Below, in pieces: positions 13,687 to 23,587 of a stretch of 64,000 bases of DNA; within the stretch, counting starts at the first letter, position 1, and the number at the start of each line of letters is the position of its first letter. The stretch lies in the NCBI GenBank assembly GCA_965203175.1, contig OZ241867.1:1760001-1824000 (forward strand), in the 5' to 3' direction. Origin of the DNA: Candidatus Latescibacterota bacterium. Its GTDB lineage: Bacteria; Latescibacterota; UBA2968; UBA8231. A program made the position numbers and the translations under genes. A model generated the notes under the pieces. That model was not told where the DNA came from, ran no database searches, and was given only the letters and a program-made list of their open reading frames with translations.

Positions 13687-13785
13687 GGCACCTTGCTCGA
13701 CGGCAATCCGGTCGAGGTTGGTCGTGGGGTCGCCCATCGCGCTGTGCATGGCGACCGATGCGACATATGTTTTTGTGTTGTCCAT
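13687..13785 (-). pseudogene. 5' remnant of a nitrilase allele
   Basis: 13701-13765 matches 6478-6542 at 64/65 nt; own start MDNTKTYVASVAMHSAMGDP. Confidence 0.85.
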
Positions 13786-13817
13786 AGGATCGCTCCAAGA
13801 TTGATAAGGAAAGGCAT

Positions 13818-15311
13818 ATGCTGACACAAATCGATTATGGCGTAATTGCGGTCTACGCGGCATTGATGACCTGGATCGGGATTCTGGCCAAGCGGAAGTC
13901 CAGCAATGTGGACCAGTATTTCGCGGCCGGCCACGGGTTGCCTTGGTGGATGGCGGCCATCTCCCACCACGTGTCGGGGTACAGCGCGGTCGTGTTTGTG
14001 GGTTTTGCCGGTCGTGCAGCGGTCACGGGCTTCAGCATGTGGACCCTGTTTTCGCTTGGGGTGTTCGTGGCGCTGGTGCTCGGATGCCTCATCTGGGCGC
14101 CGAGATGGTCCCGGTTGAAAGTGCTGACCCCGGTGGAATACCTGGAAGCGCGCTACGGCAATTCCGTGCGGGGTCTGATAGCGGTTTCCGGCATTCTCAT
14201 CAAGTTCATCGACCTCGGCATCAAGCTGTTCGCGATCTCCATCGTCGTCCACGTGGTTACCGGCTGGGAGGTGGTGCCCATCATCGTTGTTTCGGGTCTG
14301 ATCACCATCGCCTACGTATTCGTTGGCGGGCTGTGGGCGACCGTACTGACGGACTTAGTGCAGTTTGTGGTACAGCTCGTCATGAGTCTGGCCGTGCTGT
14401 TCATCGCCCTCGATATGGTGGGAGGCTGGAACGCGATGTGGGACAGCTTGCCACCGGAGCGGGCCGGCTTCTTCAACCGGGAGGAGGGGATCAGCGTCAG
14501 CTTCTGGCTGGTCTACGTCGTCGTTATCATCCTCAGCTACAACGGAGGCACCTGGGGACTGGCGCAGCGATTCGTATCGGTGGAAAAGCCGAGGGATGCC
14601 CAGAAGGCGGCGAGCCTGTCGGCGATTCTCTACTTGTTGTATCCCATCGTCATCTTCGTCCCCGCGTGGGCCGCGCCGCTGCTGATGCCCGAGCACTTCG
14701 ATCCGGTCACACTGCAACCCATCGCCGGCTTCGATCTGGATCAGACATATATCCTTGTAACGCAGAAAATACTGTCGACTCTGGCACCGGGGCTGATTGG
14801 ACTGCTGGTATGCTCCATGTTTGCCGCGACCATGTCCATGATCGACAGCGATATCAACGCCCTTGCCGCGGTGTTCACCAAGGATTTCTACCAGCGCAAC
14901 TTCAAGCGCGAGATCGACGACAGGGCGTTGTTCAGGGCGGGAATGATCACGACGGCGATTTTCGGTATCGCGGTTCTGATAACCGCCATTGTGATCTCCC
15001 AGAGTCAGGGCATGAACAAGGTGTTTTCTCTGACCGTAAAACTGTTCGGCGGCCTCCTGTCGCCCATCGCGATCCCATTGATGCTCGGGATGATATGGAA
15101 ACGCCCGACTGCGCGGGGCGCAATCCTGTCGTTTATCGGCGGCGTGATCACCTATTTCATTATGATTCAGTACACCGACAGGTTTGAGATTTACACCGGG
15201 GTGGAAATCCTCGTTGCGCTGGCCATCTACTTTGGCGAGGGGTATATCGGCAAACGCAGCCTTGAAAAGGAGGCGGAGGTAACGGCGTTGTTCGATAAGA
15301 TCCGGGCCTGA
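13818..15311 (+). CDS. Sodium:solute symporter family transporter
   Basis: YFAAG..LPWW, EYLEARY, GGLWATVLTD, AATMS; many TM segments. Confidence 0.92.
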   Translation: MLTQIDYGVIAVYAALMTWIGILAKRKSSNVDQYFAAGHGLPWWMAAISHHVSGYSAVVFVGFAGRAAVTGFSMWTLFSLGVFVALVLGCLIWAPRWSRLKVLTPVEYLEARYGNSVRGLIAVSGILIKFIDLGIKLFAISIVVHVVTGWEVVPIIVVSGLITIAYVFVGGLWATVLTDLVQFVVQLVMSLAVLFIALDMVGGWNAMWDSLPPERAGFFNREEGISVSFWLVYVVVIILSYNGGTWGLAQRFVSVEKPRDAQKAASLSAILYLLYPIVIFVPAWAAPLLMPEHFDPVTLQPIAGFDLDQTYILVTQKILSTLAPGLIGLLVCSMFAATMSMIDSDINALAAVFTKDFYQRNFKREIDDRALFRAGMITTAIFGIAVLITAIVISQSQGMNKVFSLTVKLFGGLLSPIAIPLMLGMIWKRPTARGAILSFIGGVITYFIMIQYTDRFEIYTGVEILVALAIYFGEGYIGKRSLEKEAEVTALFDKIRA

Positions 15312-15377
15312 AACATCGGCATCTAGCGAACGAAACCCGCCGTTGACATTCGAAGATGACCGCTCGGTCCGGTCCGT

Positions 15378-16637
15378 TCAACACAGGTAGTCGACGCAGG
15401 TGGCGGCGTGGACCTTCAGCACCTGCCCGAACTCCGACTCGCGGATCTGCTCGTCGGGAACGGCGATGTTCTCCAGGTCCGTGCCGTAGATCGCCGCAGG
15501 GATGCCCCGGCGCCACCAGAAGCGGGTATCCGTGGAGCCGTAGCTGACGTTGGCCTCGATCTCACGCCCCGTGATCCGTCGCGCGTTGGTGGCCACGGCC
15601 TGCACGATCTCCTCGTCGGGGGCCGAATAGGCCGACTCCAGACACACCACCCACTCCACGTCGATCTCCCCGCGGTCGAGGCCCGTGCCGGCCAGCACCT
15701 CCTCCACCTTCTCCTGCAGATCCTGTGTGGACACGCCGACCGGCGTACGCAGGTCGATCTCCATGCGGCAGGCCGTGGGGATCGTGTTGCTCTGCACGCC
15801 GCCCTGGATCACGCCCACGTTGACCGTGGTCGAGTCCGCCACCCAGCCCTTGCCCGCCAGCCCGCCGTCGCGCACCTCCCGGTCCCGGCCCCGGGCGACG
15901 GCCGCGGCCACCTCGGGCGGGGTCTCGAGACGCCAGCCCTTCAGCGTCAACAGGGCCGCGGCCACGGTCATGGCCCGGGCGATGGCGTCGTCCTCCACGG
16001 GCACCGCCGCCAGCCCGCCGCCGTGGCGGGTCTCGACGACCAGCGTGTACTTGCCCTTGTGGCCGATCAGCACCTGGTCCATCCTCGTGGGCTCGCTGTT
16101 CAGGCAGGCGTCGCCGCGGGTCATGGGCACGTGCTCCAGCAGCCAGTCCGAGCCCCAGAACCCACCTGTCTCTTCGTCGCCCACCAAGGTCAGCGTCAAC
16201 TGCCCGCGGATCGGGACGTCGAGCTCGTGGAGCAGCACCAACGACAGCAGGGAGGCCACCGATCCGGCCTTCATGTCACCGACGCCGCGGCCGAGGATGC
16301 GGCCGTCCCGGCACTCACCGGAGTAGGGATCAAAGGACCAGGCCTCTGGGTCGCCGGCCGGGAACTGGTCCAGGTGGCCGTTGAGGACGAGGTTGCGGCC
16401 GGCCTGGCGGCCCTCGATCCAGGAGACCAGGCTCTGCACCGTCGGCTGCGGCTCGTACACGTCGGCCGGCAGCCCCTTCGACTTCAGGTAGCGGGTTAGG
16501 TAGGCGACACAGGCGCTGGTGTCGCCGGGCGGGTTATCGGTGGGGATGGCGACGACGTCCCGCAGCACGCCTTGGAACTCCGGCAGTCTGCGGTCGACCT
16601 CGGCGAACAGGCGTTGCTTCAGGTCTTCTGTGGTCAT
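15378..16637 (-). CDS. M20 family metallohydrolase (ArgE/DapE-like)
   Basis: LNGHLD, GRGVGDMK, GDEETGG. Confidence 0.88.
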   Translation of the reverse strand: MTTEDLKQRLFAEVDRRLPEFQGVLRDVVAIPTDNPPGDTSACVAYLTRYLKSKGLPADVYEPQPTVQSLVSWIEGRQAGRNLVLNGHLDQFPAGDPEAWSFDPYSGECRDGRILGRGVGDMKAGSVASLLSLVLLHELDVPIRGQLTLTLVGDEETGGFWGSDWLLEHVPMTRGDACLNSEPTRMDQVLIGHKGKYTLVVETRHGGGLAAVPVEDDAIARAMTVAAALLTLKGWRLETPPEVAAAVARGRDREVRDGGLAGKGWVADSTTVNVGVIQGGVQSNTIPTACRMEIDLRTPVGVSTQDLQEKVEEVLAGTGLDRGEIDVEWVVCLESAYSAPDEEIVQAVATNARRITGREIEANVSYGSTDTRFWWRRGIPAAIYGTDLENIAVPDEQIRESEFGQVLKVHAATCVDYLC

Positions 16638-16651
16638 GCAAGCCACTCCGG

Positions 16652-16713
16652 TGGTGTCTGGGCAACGAGATGGATAGAAATTATAAAGGGCCTTTGAGGG
16701 GAGCTGGTCAAGC
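16652..16713 (-). promoter_or_regulatory. Duplicated promoter-like segment (copy 1)
   Basis: Near-identical to 22201-22261; minus strand TTGACC-N20-TATAAT. Confidence 0.65.
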
Positions 16714-16820
16714 GGTGGGCCGTCTTGCCCCTCCCTACTTGTTCACAGTCGCCGCCCTGATTTATCTTCTCGCCAGAGCCAGAAGACGGTGACGCCCCCC
16801 GCAATGGAGAGGAGTTTGCG

Positions 16821-17696
16821 GTGAAGTTGAAAATTGCCACTTGCCAGTTTCCCGTCAGCCGGGACCTAGAACGCAATTTCAAATACGTCGTGCGCCAGAT
16901 GAAATACGCCAGTGAGCAAGGTGCTCATCTGGCGCATTTTTCCGAGACCTGTCTGGGGGGATACGTCGGAGTCGATCTCCCTTCCTTCGACCACTACGAC
17001 TGGGATCTGCTGCGCCAGTGCACTGAGGCGATCGCGGACTTGTCCCGCAAGTTGAAGCTGTGGGTCATTCTTGGCTCCAATCATCGCCTCACGGGCAGAC
17101 ACAAGCCGCACAACAGTCTCTACGTCATCAATGATCGCGGCTCTGTGGTGGACCGCTACGACAAGATGTTCTGCACCGGGAAGGTCGGCTCAACGCCGGG
17201 CGATCTGGATTTCTACAGCCCAGGGTCGCGCTTGGTTACATTCGAAGTAAGAGGAATTAAATGCGGTCTGCAGATATGTCACGACTTTCGCTACCAAGAG
17301 TTGTACAGAGAATATAAAAAGCTCGGCGTCCAACTCGTCTTGCACTCCTATCACAATGGGGGCATGACCTCGAGAATGAAGGAGAAATACAGGAACATTT
17401 GGGGAATAATGGTTGCAGCGACCATGCAGACCTATGCGGCCAACAACTATATGTGGATCAGCGTCAACAACACTACGAGACGCGAAAGCAGCGGTTCCAG
17501 CTTTGTCGTCCGGCCCGACGGTCTGATCGACGGCCGATTGCCACTGCACCGGCCCGGGGTCTTAATATCGACCATCGACCCCAGAGAGAAATTTTACGAT
17601 GCGTCGGAGGCGTGGCGCGAACGGGCCATGCAAGGGGTCTACCACAGTGGAATCCTAGTGCAAGACAGGCGCTCGACGGACCGAACTAGCTTTTAA
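16821..17696 (+). CDS. Carbon-nitrogen hydrolase (nitrilase superfamily)
   Basis: HFSE, RYDK, QICHDFRY. Confidence 0.88.
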   Translation: MKLKIATCQFPVSRDLERNFKYVVRQMKYASEQGAHLAHFSETCLGGYVGVDLPSFDHYDWDLLRQCTEAIADLSRKLKLWVILGSNHRLTGRHKPHNSLYVINDRGSVVDRYDKMFCTGKVGSTPGDLDFYSPGSRLVTFEVRGIKCGLQICHDFRYQELYREYKKLGVQLVLHSYHNGGMTSRMKEKYRNIWGIMVAATMQTYAANNYMWISVNNTTRRESSGSSFVVRPDGLIDGRLPLHRPGVLISTIDPREKFYDASEAWRERAMQGVYHSGILVQDRRSTDRTSF

Positions 17697-17718
17697 GTAT
17701 ATTGAAGGGAGAACCTCC

Positions 17719-18774
17719 ATGCTGATCGTCGATTCCCATCTCGATATCGCGTACAACGCGCTCGACTGGGACCGGGACTTGCTCCAGCCCATCGCCAAAA
17801 TACGCGAGGCCGAAGCCGGAATGGGGCAAAAGGGCCGCGGCCTGAACGTAGTGAATTTCGCCGAACTGCGGCGCGGCGGGATCGGCCTCTTCTTCGTCAC
17901 GGTGCACTGCCGGCTCGCTTCGCAGGGAAGGCGCTTTGCCGGGGTGCGCACCCAGGACATCGCCTACGCCAAGTGCAAGGGCGAGTTGGCCTACTACCGC
18001 CTGATGGAGGCCAAGGGCGTCCTGCGCCAGATACGCGATCGCACCGAACTCGACGCCCATCTGGCCGAGTGGGACGACGATCCGCAGGCGACCCCGCTGG
18101 GGTTTGTCCTCAGCATGGAAGGGGCAGACGGCATCGTGGCACCCGAACAGGTGGCCGAGTGGTGGGATGAAGGCCTGCGGGTCGTGAGTTTGTGTCACTA
18201 CGGAGTCAGCGCCTACGCCCACGGAACGCAGGCTCCCGGCGGCCTGACGGCCAGAGGCCGCCCCATGCTCGAAGCGTTGGAGGCGGCCGGGGTAATCCTC
18301 GATGTGAGCCACTTGGCCGAGCAGGCATTCTGGGAAGCCCTGGAGATTTTCACCGGTCCCGTGCTGGCTACTCACAACTGCTGCCGGGCCCTGTGCGACC
18401 ACGACCGCCAGCTCGACGATCAACAGATCAAAGCGCTGGCACAGCGCGGCGGCGTCATTGGCACAGCCATGGACATCTGGATGATCTCCCCCTTGTGGGA
18501 CCGGGCCGCCATGGACAACACCGGCATCACGCTGGAGACCGCGGTAGACCACATCGACCACGTCTGCCAGCTAACCGGGAGCTGCCGCCACGCCGCCATC
18601 GGCACCGACTTGGACGGCGGCTACGGCAAGGAGCAGTGCCCCTCCGATCTCGACACCATTGCCGACCTGCGGAAGATTCCCGCCATCCTCGAAAAACGCG
18701 GTTACTCGCAGACCGACATTGCCGACATCATGCACGGCAACTGGGTCCGCTTGCTGCGCGCGGCGTGGAGATGA
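17719..18774 (+). CDS. Membrane dipeptidase (peptidase M19)
   Basis: DSHLD, SMEGAD, DVSH, ATHN, IGTDLDGG. Confidence 0.9.
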   Translation: MLIVDSHLDIAYNALDWDRDLLQPIAKIREAEAGMGQKGRGLNVVNFAELRRGGIGLFFVTVHCRLASQGRRFAGVRTQDIAYAKCKGELAYYRLMEAKGVLRQIRDRTELDAHLAEWDDDPQATPLGFVLSMEGADGIVAPEQVAEWWDEGLRVVSLCHYGVSAYAHGTQAPGGLTARGRPMLEALEAAGVILDVSHLAEQAFWEALEIFTGPVLATHNCCRALCDHDRQLDDQQIKALAQRGGVIGTAMDIWMISPLWDRAAMDNTGITLETAVDHIDHVCQLTGSCRHAAIGTDLDGGYGKEQCPSDLDTIADLRKIPAILEKRGYSQTDIADIMHGNWVRLLRAAWR

Positions 18775-18803
18775 CCAAGATCGAGTCAGAGGAGTATTCA
18801 AAT

Positions 18804-20930
18804 ATGTCGATAGAGAGCAGTTTCTGTTTTGCGCTCGATGCCGCTGCGCTCGAAGTACGAGGTCAGTTCGATCAACTCCAATACTGCGAGCTGAAAAAGG
18901 CTATCGTCCTCAATGATATGCTCCTAGTCGAAGACGATGCGCCGGCCATCGGCTGCCCCCAAGGCGCTGAGGACCGGTCGTGGTTCGAAAAATTGCGAGA
19001 GGGGGTGATGGTGCGCAAAGATCTGGTCCTGGATGATCCCTGCGCCATAGCCGCCTATCTGATCTTCAACGGACGGGAAATGGACGACAATGGCCATGCA
19101 CTTCACATCTGTGTCAACGGCCACCACTTGATCCGACCTCCGAGCAAGATAGCCCACCCCTGTGCTCGCCATTACTACACCAGCGACTGGGGAGGCTCGC
19201 ACTTTGACAACTGGTTCGTGGTAGCCGTGCCAGTGGGTGCCCTGCGGCAGGGTACCAATGAGTTCGTTCTGTGGGCCGAATCCGAGGAGACCAGTTGGGA
19301 AATCATGGTGGCCGCGGATGAAGAATATAAGCGTGGCTCTGAAACGCGGCTCTGCCACCCTAACCGCAGCGCCAAGAGTCGAGACGGAGGTCGTACCTGG
19401 GATTTTGAGCACTTGGGCTGGAAGGATGAAATCGACGGGGAGTACGCCATCCGCCTCAGTCTAGATCGCAGCGTACCGCAGGGCACCTTTGTCTCGTCGG
19501 TGATCGACTTGGCTACAGGAGAGGATAGAAAAAGAATCGAGAAATTGCTCGACGTGAAAGAGTGCCGGGTAGGATGGGAGGTGGATGTGCCCGAGGGAAG
19601 CCAAGTAGAAGTAGAGGCTCGTCTGGGCGATAATCCAGTGCCTACAGCCGCCGCATGGACCCCTTTTGAGTCCGTAGCAAATTTCTCCAAGACATGGTGC
19701 GATCCCGCTGGACGCTACCTGCAATTCAAGATTGTCATGTACGCCCACAATCCGCTGGTGACGCCAGTGTTCAAAGGTATTTCCGTGGAAGCGAAGTGCC
19801 GCGAGCGCAAGCATCGCTCCAATAGACGTTATCACCTACTCCAATTGCGCAACGGCCGCGTCATCCGCCCATCCCTACCGTACGTCCACGAAGATTTCGC
19901 CCACTTGAACGAACTGCGCCACCGCTTTGAACTGGACGCGCTAGTCGCAGACGCGGCGACTGAGTTCGAAGCCCAGTTGCAACTCATGCACTGGGCCTAC
20001 AAAGTGCCGCTCGGTCGCCTAGATGCCTACCAATGGAATTACTTTGATCTGCCTCAACTCGATAGGGATGCAAGTGGACGCCCCGGCCTGCTAGGCGACT
20101 ATCAGAAGCGCCGGCGCGATGGCCACTGCCTCTACTGCAACTTGACCCTAATCGCCGCCTGTCTGGCCATGGGCTTTCCGGCCCGCTGGGTCAACATCTC
20201 CACTAAGCACACCTACGGACACGAGGTGGCCGAAGTATGGTCCAACGAGTTCGACAAGTGGATATTCTTGGATGCGACGCGCGATTACTACATCTACGAT
20301 CCCGACACGGGCATTCCCCTGAGTCTAGTGGAAATCAGCGAGCGCTTGGCCGAAATCATGCCGGGACCGGCGACCTGGGAATATCCCATCCAGTGGCACC
20401 TGCCGGACCTCGAAATGCTCCGGGCCGCTCGCGTCGCCTACCGCCAAGGCGACAATGCTTTTTCGATTGACGACCTGAGCGGAGGACCGGAGCACTTGAT
20501 GCTCAAAGGGCACTTGCAAATGGTGCGGCGCAACGACTTTGCCAGCCGGCCTTGGCCGCTACCGTGGCGCCTCTCCAGCAACTGGGGAAGCGACCTCTTC
20601 TATTGTTTCTACAGCGATATGTTCCCCCGCAAACGCGAATACCACCAACACACCAAGCGCTGGCAGGATTTCAATCCTCCGCTCAACCAGACAGAACTCT
20701 TCTTGAGCGAAACCGCCGAGCCGGATGTTCTGCGCGGGGATGTGGATACTGAGACGCCTTGCTTTGACGCATTTCTGGTGCAGATCGACAGAGCCGAATG
20801 GAGCGAACAAACAGCCCCCTCGCTGGAGTGGAGGCTGCACAAGGGCTTGAACCAACTGCGGCTCAAGGCGCGCAACAGCGCGGGGGTTTGCGGCCCGGAG
20901 AGCCATGCAGCGGTAGTGATGAATACTTGA
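18804..20930 (+). CDS. Large protein with transglutaminase-like domain
   Basis: GHCLYC / HEVAEVWSNEFDKW / FLDA putative Cys-His-Asp triad; Asp-box SRDGGRTW; RBS GAGGAG. Confidence 0.65.
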   Translation: MSIESSFCFALDAAALEVRGQFDQLQYCELKKAIVLNDMLLVEDDAPAIGCPQGAEDRSWFEKLREGVMVRKDLVLDDPCAIAAYLIFNGREMDDNGHALHICVNGHHLIRPPSKIAHPCARHYYTSDWGGSHFDNWFVVAVPVGALRQGTNEFVLWAESEETSWEIMVAADEEYKRGSETRLCHPNRSAKSRDGGRTWDFEHLGWKDEIDGEYAIRLSLDRSVPQGTFVSSVIDLATGEDRKRIEKLLDVKECRVGWEVDVPEGSQVEVEARLGDNPVPTAAAWTPFESVANFSKTWCDPAGRYLQFKIVMYAHNPLVTPVFKGISVEAKCRERKHRSNRRYHLLQLRNGRVIRPSLPYVHEDFAHLNELRHRFELDALVADAATEFEAQLQLMHWAYKVPLGRLDAYQWNYFDLPQLDRDASGRPGLLGDYQKRRRDGHCLYCNLTLIAACLAMGFPARWVNISTKHTYGHEVAEVWSNEFDKWIFLDATRDYYIYDPDTGIPLSLVEISERLAEIMPGPATWEYPIQWHLPDLEMLRAARVAYRQGDNAFSIDDLSGGPEHLMLKGHLQMVRRNDFASRPWPLPWRLSSNWGSDLFYCFYSDMFPRKREYHQHTKRWQDFNPPLNQTELFLSETAEPDVLRGDVDTETPCFDAFLVQIDRAEWSEQTAPSLEWRLHKGLNQLRLKARNSAGVCGPESHAAVVMNT

Positions 20931-20996
20931 TTGGCTGTGGGTCGATAAATGAATTAGCTCTTCAGCCGATCAAAGAGTGCTTCGACTTCTCGCTCT

Positions 20997-22178
20997 TCAG
21001 TTGTCCTCCACCGACCCGTCTTCGTACTTGAGTTCCTCCCGGAGTTGCGGTTCGTAGGGGTGGGCCCGGGCCACTTCCTCGTTCAGCTCGAGTCCGAGAC
21101 CGGGGGTGTCCGGCAACGTCACGAAACCGCCCTCGATCTGGTACCTGTGTCCGAAGAACAGGTCGTCCCGCCAGTCCGTGGACTCCTTGAAGGGCTCGTT
21201 CGCGTAGGACCCCATCTCCTGGATGACGCTGTTGGGGCAGTTCAGGCCCATGTGGATCTCGGCGGTGATACCGATCTTGCTGTAGGTGATGTGGGGAGAG
21301 ACCTGGATGTACTGCGCCTCCGCCATGGCCGCGATCTTCTTGAACTCCGAGATGCCGCCGCAGTGGACGATGTCCGGATTGAGGTAGCTCACTAGACGCT
21401 TGGCGATGATGTCTTGGAAGCCCCACTTGGTGAAGTTCCGCTCGCCCATGCACAGGGGCACTGTCGTGTGGTCGCTCAGCCACTCAAGGGCGTCGTTGGA
21501 TCCTTCCACTTGGATGGGTTCCTCCACCCAGAAGGGACGGTAGGGCTCGACGGCCTTGCAGTACTCCAAGGCCATGGTCGGCGTCAGCCGGCCGTGGGCG
21601 TCGATGAGGATGTCGAAGTCGTCGCCTCCTTCGACTCGCATCTCCTCGATCTGCTTAGCCGCCCGGTTCAGGTCCCAAGGCATGGGTACGGTGAGCGGGT
21701 CGCCGACCTTGGTCACCGGCGGTCCTGTCTTGACGGCATTGCATCCCATGCTCCGGGCGCGCTGCACGCCCGCCTTGCCGCTGCCGGCGGCGTAGATGCG
21801 GACCTTGTCCCGCGCGCCGCCGCCGAGGAGCTTGTAGATCGGCAGGCCCGCGATCTTGCCGAGGATGTCCCACAGGGCGATATCGATGGCGCTGAGGGCC
21901 GTGCTGAAGAGCACGCCCACGTGCCAGCGGTTCCAGCGGTAGAGCCCCTGCCAAAGATGCTCAATGTCCGTGGGATTCTTGCCGATGAGGTGGCCCTCTA
22001 GGTCTTTGATGCACTGGGCGATGGTGCCTACCTTGTTGTCGCTGATCGAGCCTTCGCCCAGTCCCGTGATCCCCTCGTTGGTGCTGATCTTCACGAAACA
22101 GCAGTTGCCTTCCACCAGGAAGGTGTCCACCGCGGTGATCTTGATACCGGGGTACTTCGCGCTGCCTTCTTCCGCCAT
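20997..22178 (-). CDS. Mandelate racemase/galactonate dehydratase-like enolase superfamily protein
   Basis: SAIDIALWDILGK, IDAHGR, WVEEP, MGER, PGLG. Confidence 0.9.
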   Translation of the reverse strand: MAEEGSAKYPGIKITAVDTFLVEGNCCFVKISTNEGITGLGEGSISDNKVGTIAQCIKDLEGHLIGKNPTDIEHLWQGLYRWNRWHVGVLFSTALSAIDIALWDILGKIAGLPIYKLLGGGARDKVRIYAAGSGKAGVQRARSMGCNAVKTGPPVTKVGDPLTVPMPWDLNRAAKQIEEMRVEGGDDFDILIDAHGRLTPTMALEYCKAVEPYRPFWVEEPIQVEGSNDALEWLSDHTTVPLCMGERNFTKWGFQDIIAKRLVSYLNPDIVHCGGISEFKKIAAMAEAQYIQVSPHITYSKIGITAEIHMGLNCPNSVIQEMGSYANEPFKESTDWRDDLFFGHRYQIEGGFVTLPDTPGLGLELNEEVARAHPYEPQLREELKYEDGSVEDN

Positions 22179-22200
22179 CGTCAGGGTCTCCTTCTTCATT

Positions 22201-22261
22201 TGGTGCCTGGGCAACGAGATGGATAGAAATTATAAAGGGCCTTTGAGGGGGCTGGTCAAGC
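22201..22261 (-). promoter_or_regulatory. Duplicated promoter-like segment (copy 2)
   Basis: TTGACC-N19-TATAAT on minus strand; matches 16652-16713. Confidence 0.65.
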
Positions 22262-22319
22262 CCTGCGACCAATACCTATAATTGTGCAATGCAGTCTTGA
22301 CGGAAGCTGAAAGGACCCG

Positions 22320-22679
22320 ATGGACAAGCGCAGACAAATAGAAGATTGCATCGAGGCCTTCCACTTGGGGACTCTTACCGAAGGGGATTTGCGCCAGACC
22401 CTCGAAGAATTGAGCGCGGCGAAACCGCAATGTCAGGATCTGCTCTACCTGCAGACTGGCAGCACTTCCCTGAACTCCAGCGTCCACGGCATGGCCCTCG
22501 TCGAAAACGGCGAACTCTCCGACGGACCGACAGACCCCGAAGACTGGCCCTACAAAACGCCACTCCAGGCCATGCGCGACGGCTGGCGCATAGTGCAGTT
22601 CCCCAATATGGCGCTGATGCTGGACGAGTCCAAAACCTACGGACTCGGCTGTGAGTTCATCCTCGAAAGATGGAGTTGA
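22320..22679 (+). CDS. Hypothetical protein
   Basis: 119-aa ORF with RBS AAGGA; TGATG coupling to the PhyH gene. Confidence 0.7.
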   Translation: MDKRRQIEDCIEAFHLGTLTEGDLRQTLEELSAAKPQCQDLLYLQTGSTSLNSSVHGMALVENGELSDGPTDPEDWPYKTPLQAMRDGWRIVQFPNMALMLDESKTYGLGCEFILERWS

Positions 22680-23551
22680 TGCCCTTGCGCCTGCCCGATA
22701 TCGCGCCCACCCTGACTGACACCGAGGTCCTCGAATTCTGTCAGCGGGGCTACCTGATCCTCGAAGGCGTCGTCGCGCAGGAGACCAATGAGCGGGTGAA
22801 TGAATTCATCCGCGCTCACCCCTACGGATCCGACGACAGCGGCGGATTCGAAGACGACAAACTGCTGGCCGAGGACTGGTTCGTCGCCGAGGTGATCCTC
22901 AACCCGCAGGCGGCCGGTGCAGTGCGCTCGCTCTTGGGCGCTAGCGCCGCCTTGCCAACCTGGATGTTCAACCACCGGTCCACGCGCCCCAAACCGGCGC
23001 AGCAATGGCACCGCGACGGCTGCTCCCGCTACGGCCACGCAGTCAACCACTTGCAGGTATTCTACTATCCTCAGGACACCCCCCTCGAACTCGGCCCCAC
23101 CGAAGTGCTGCCCGGCTCGCATTTCCTCTTCAACCTCGGGCCGTTTATGGGCCACTATGGCGGGATCAAGGGGACCGCGTCGACCGCGGCACCGGCGGGT
23201 ACCATTTTCATCACCGCCTACCCGATCTGGCACCGACGCGGCGCGTCCACCGCCGAGGGCGTCCGCAATATGCTCAAGTACCTCTACTGGCGCATGGCAC
23301 CGCCACAGCGGGACTGGATCGTCGAGCCCGATTTCAGCCTCGACGACCTCAACGACCTCGAAAGCGCCCTCTACGGCGGCAAGGTACACCCGGCCAAAGA
23401 CCAGTTCCACCACTGGCACGACGTCGCCCGGATGTTCTACTGGCTGGCGGGCAAAAAGGACGATTTCCACAACTTCCTCGGCACCGACCGCTGGCCTATG
23501 GGCCATCCGCCGCGCCGGCAGCCCGGGGATTTCCACACCTTTCCGTCGTAA
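22679..23551 (+). CDS. PhyH family dioxygenase
   Basis: GYLILEGV, WHRDG, GPTEVLPGSH, IWHR. Confidence 0.82.
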   Translation: MPLRLPDIAPTLTDTEVLEFCQRGYLILEGVVAQETNERVNEFIRAHPYGSDDSGGFEDDKLLAEDWFVAEVILNPQAAGAVRSLLGASAALPTWMFNHRSTRPKPAQQWHRDGCSRYGHAVNHLQVFYYPQDTPLELGPTEVLPGSHFLFNLGPFMGHYGGIKGTASTAAPAGTIFITAYPIWHRRGASTAEGVRNMLKYLYWRMAPPQRDWIVEPDFSLDDLNDLESALYGGKVHPAKDQFHHWHDVARMFYWLAGKKDDFHNFLGTDRWPMGHPPRRQPGDFHTFPS

Positions 23552-23587
23552 TTCCTACTTGACCTTTTTGGCCCTCATGTCTGGGGG

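Noticed and set aside
18192-18803. 912-aa version of the transglutaminase-like ORF
   Set aside because: The extension overlaps the dipeptidase gene in another frame; RBS supports 18804
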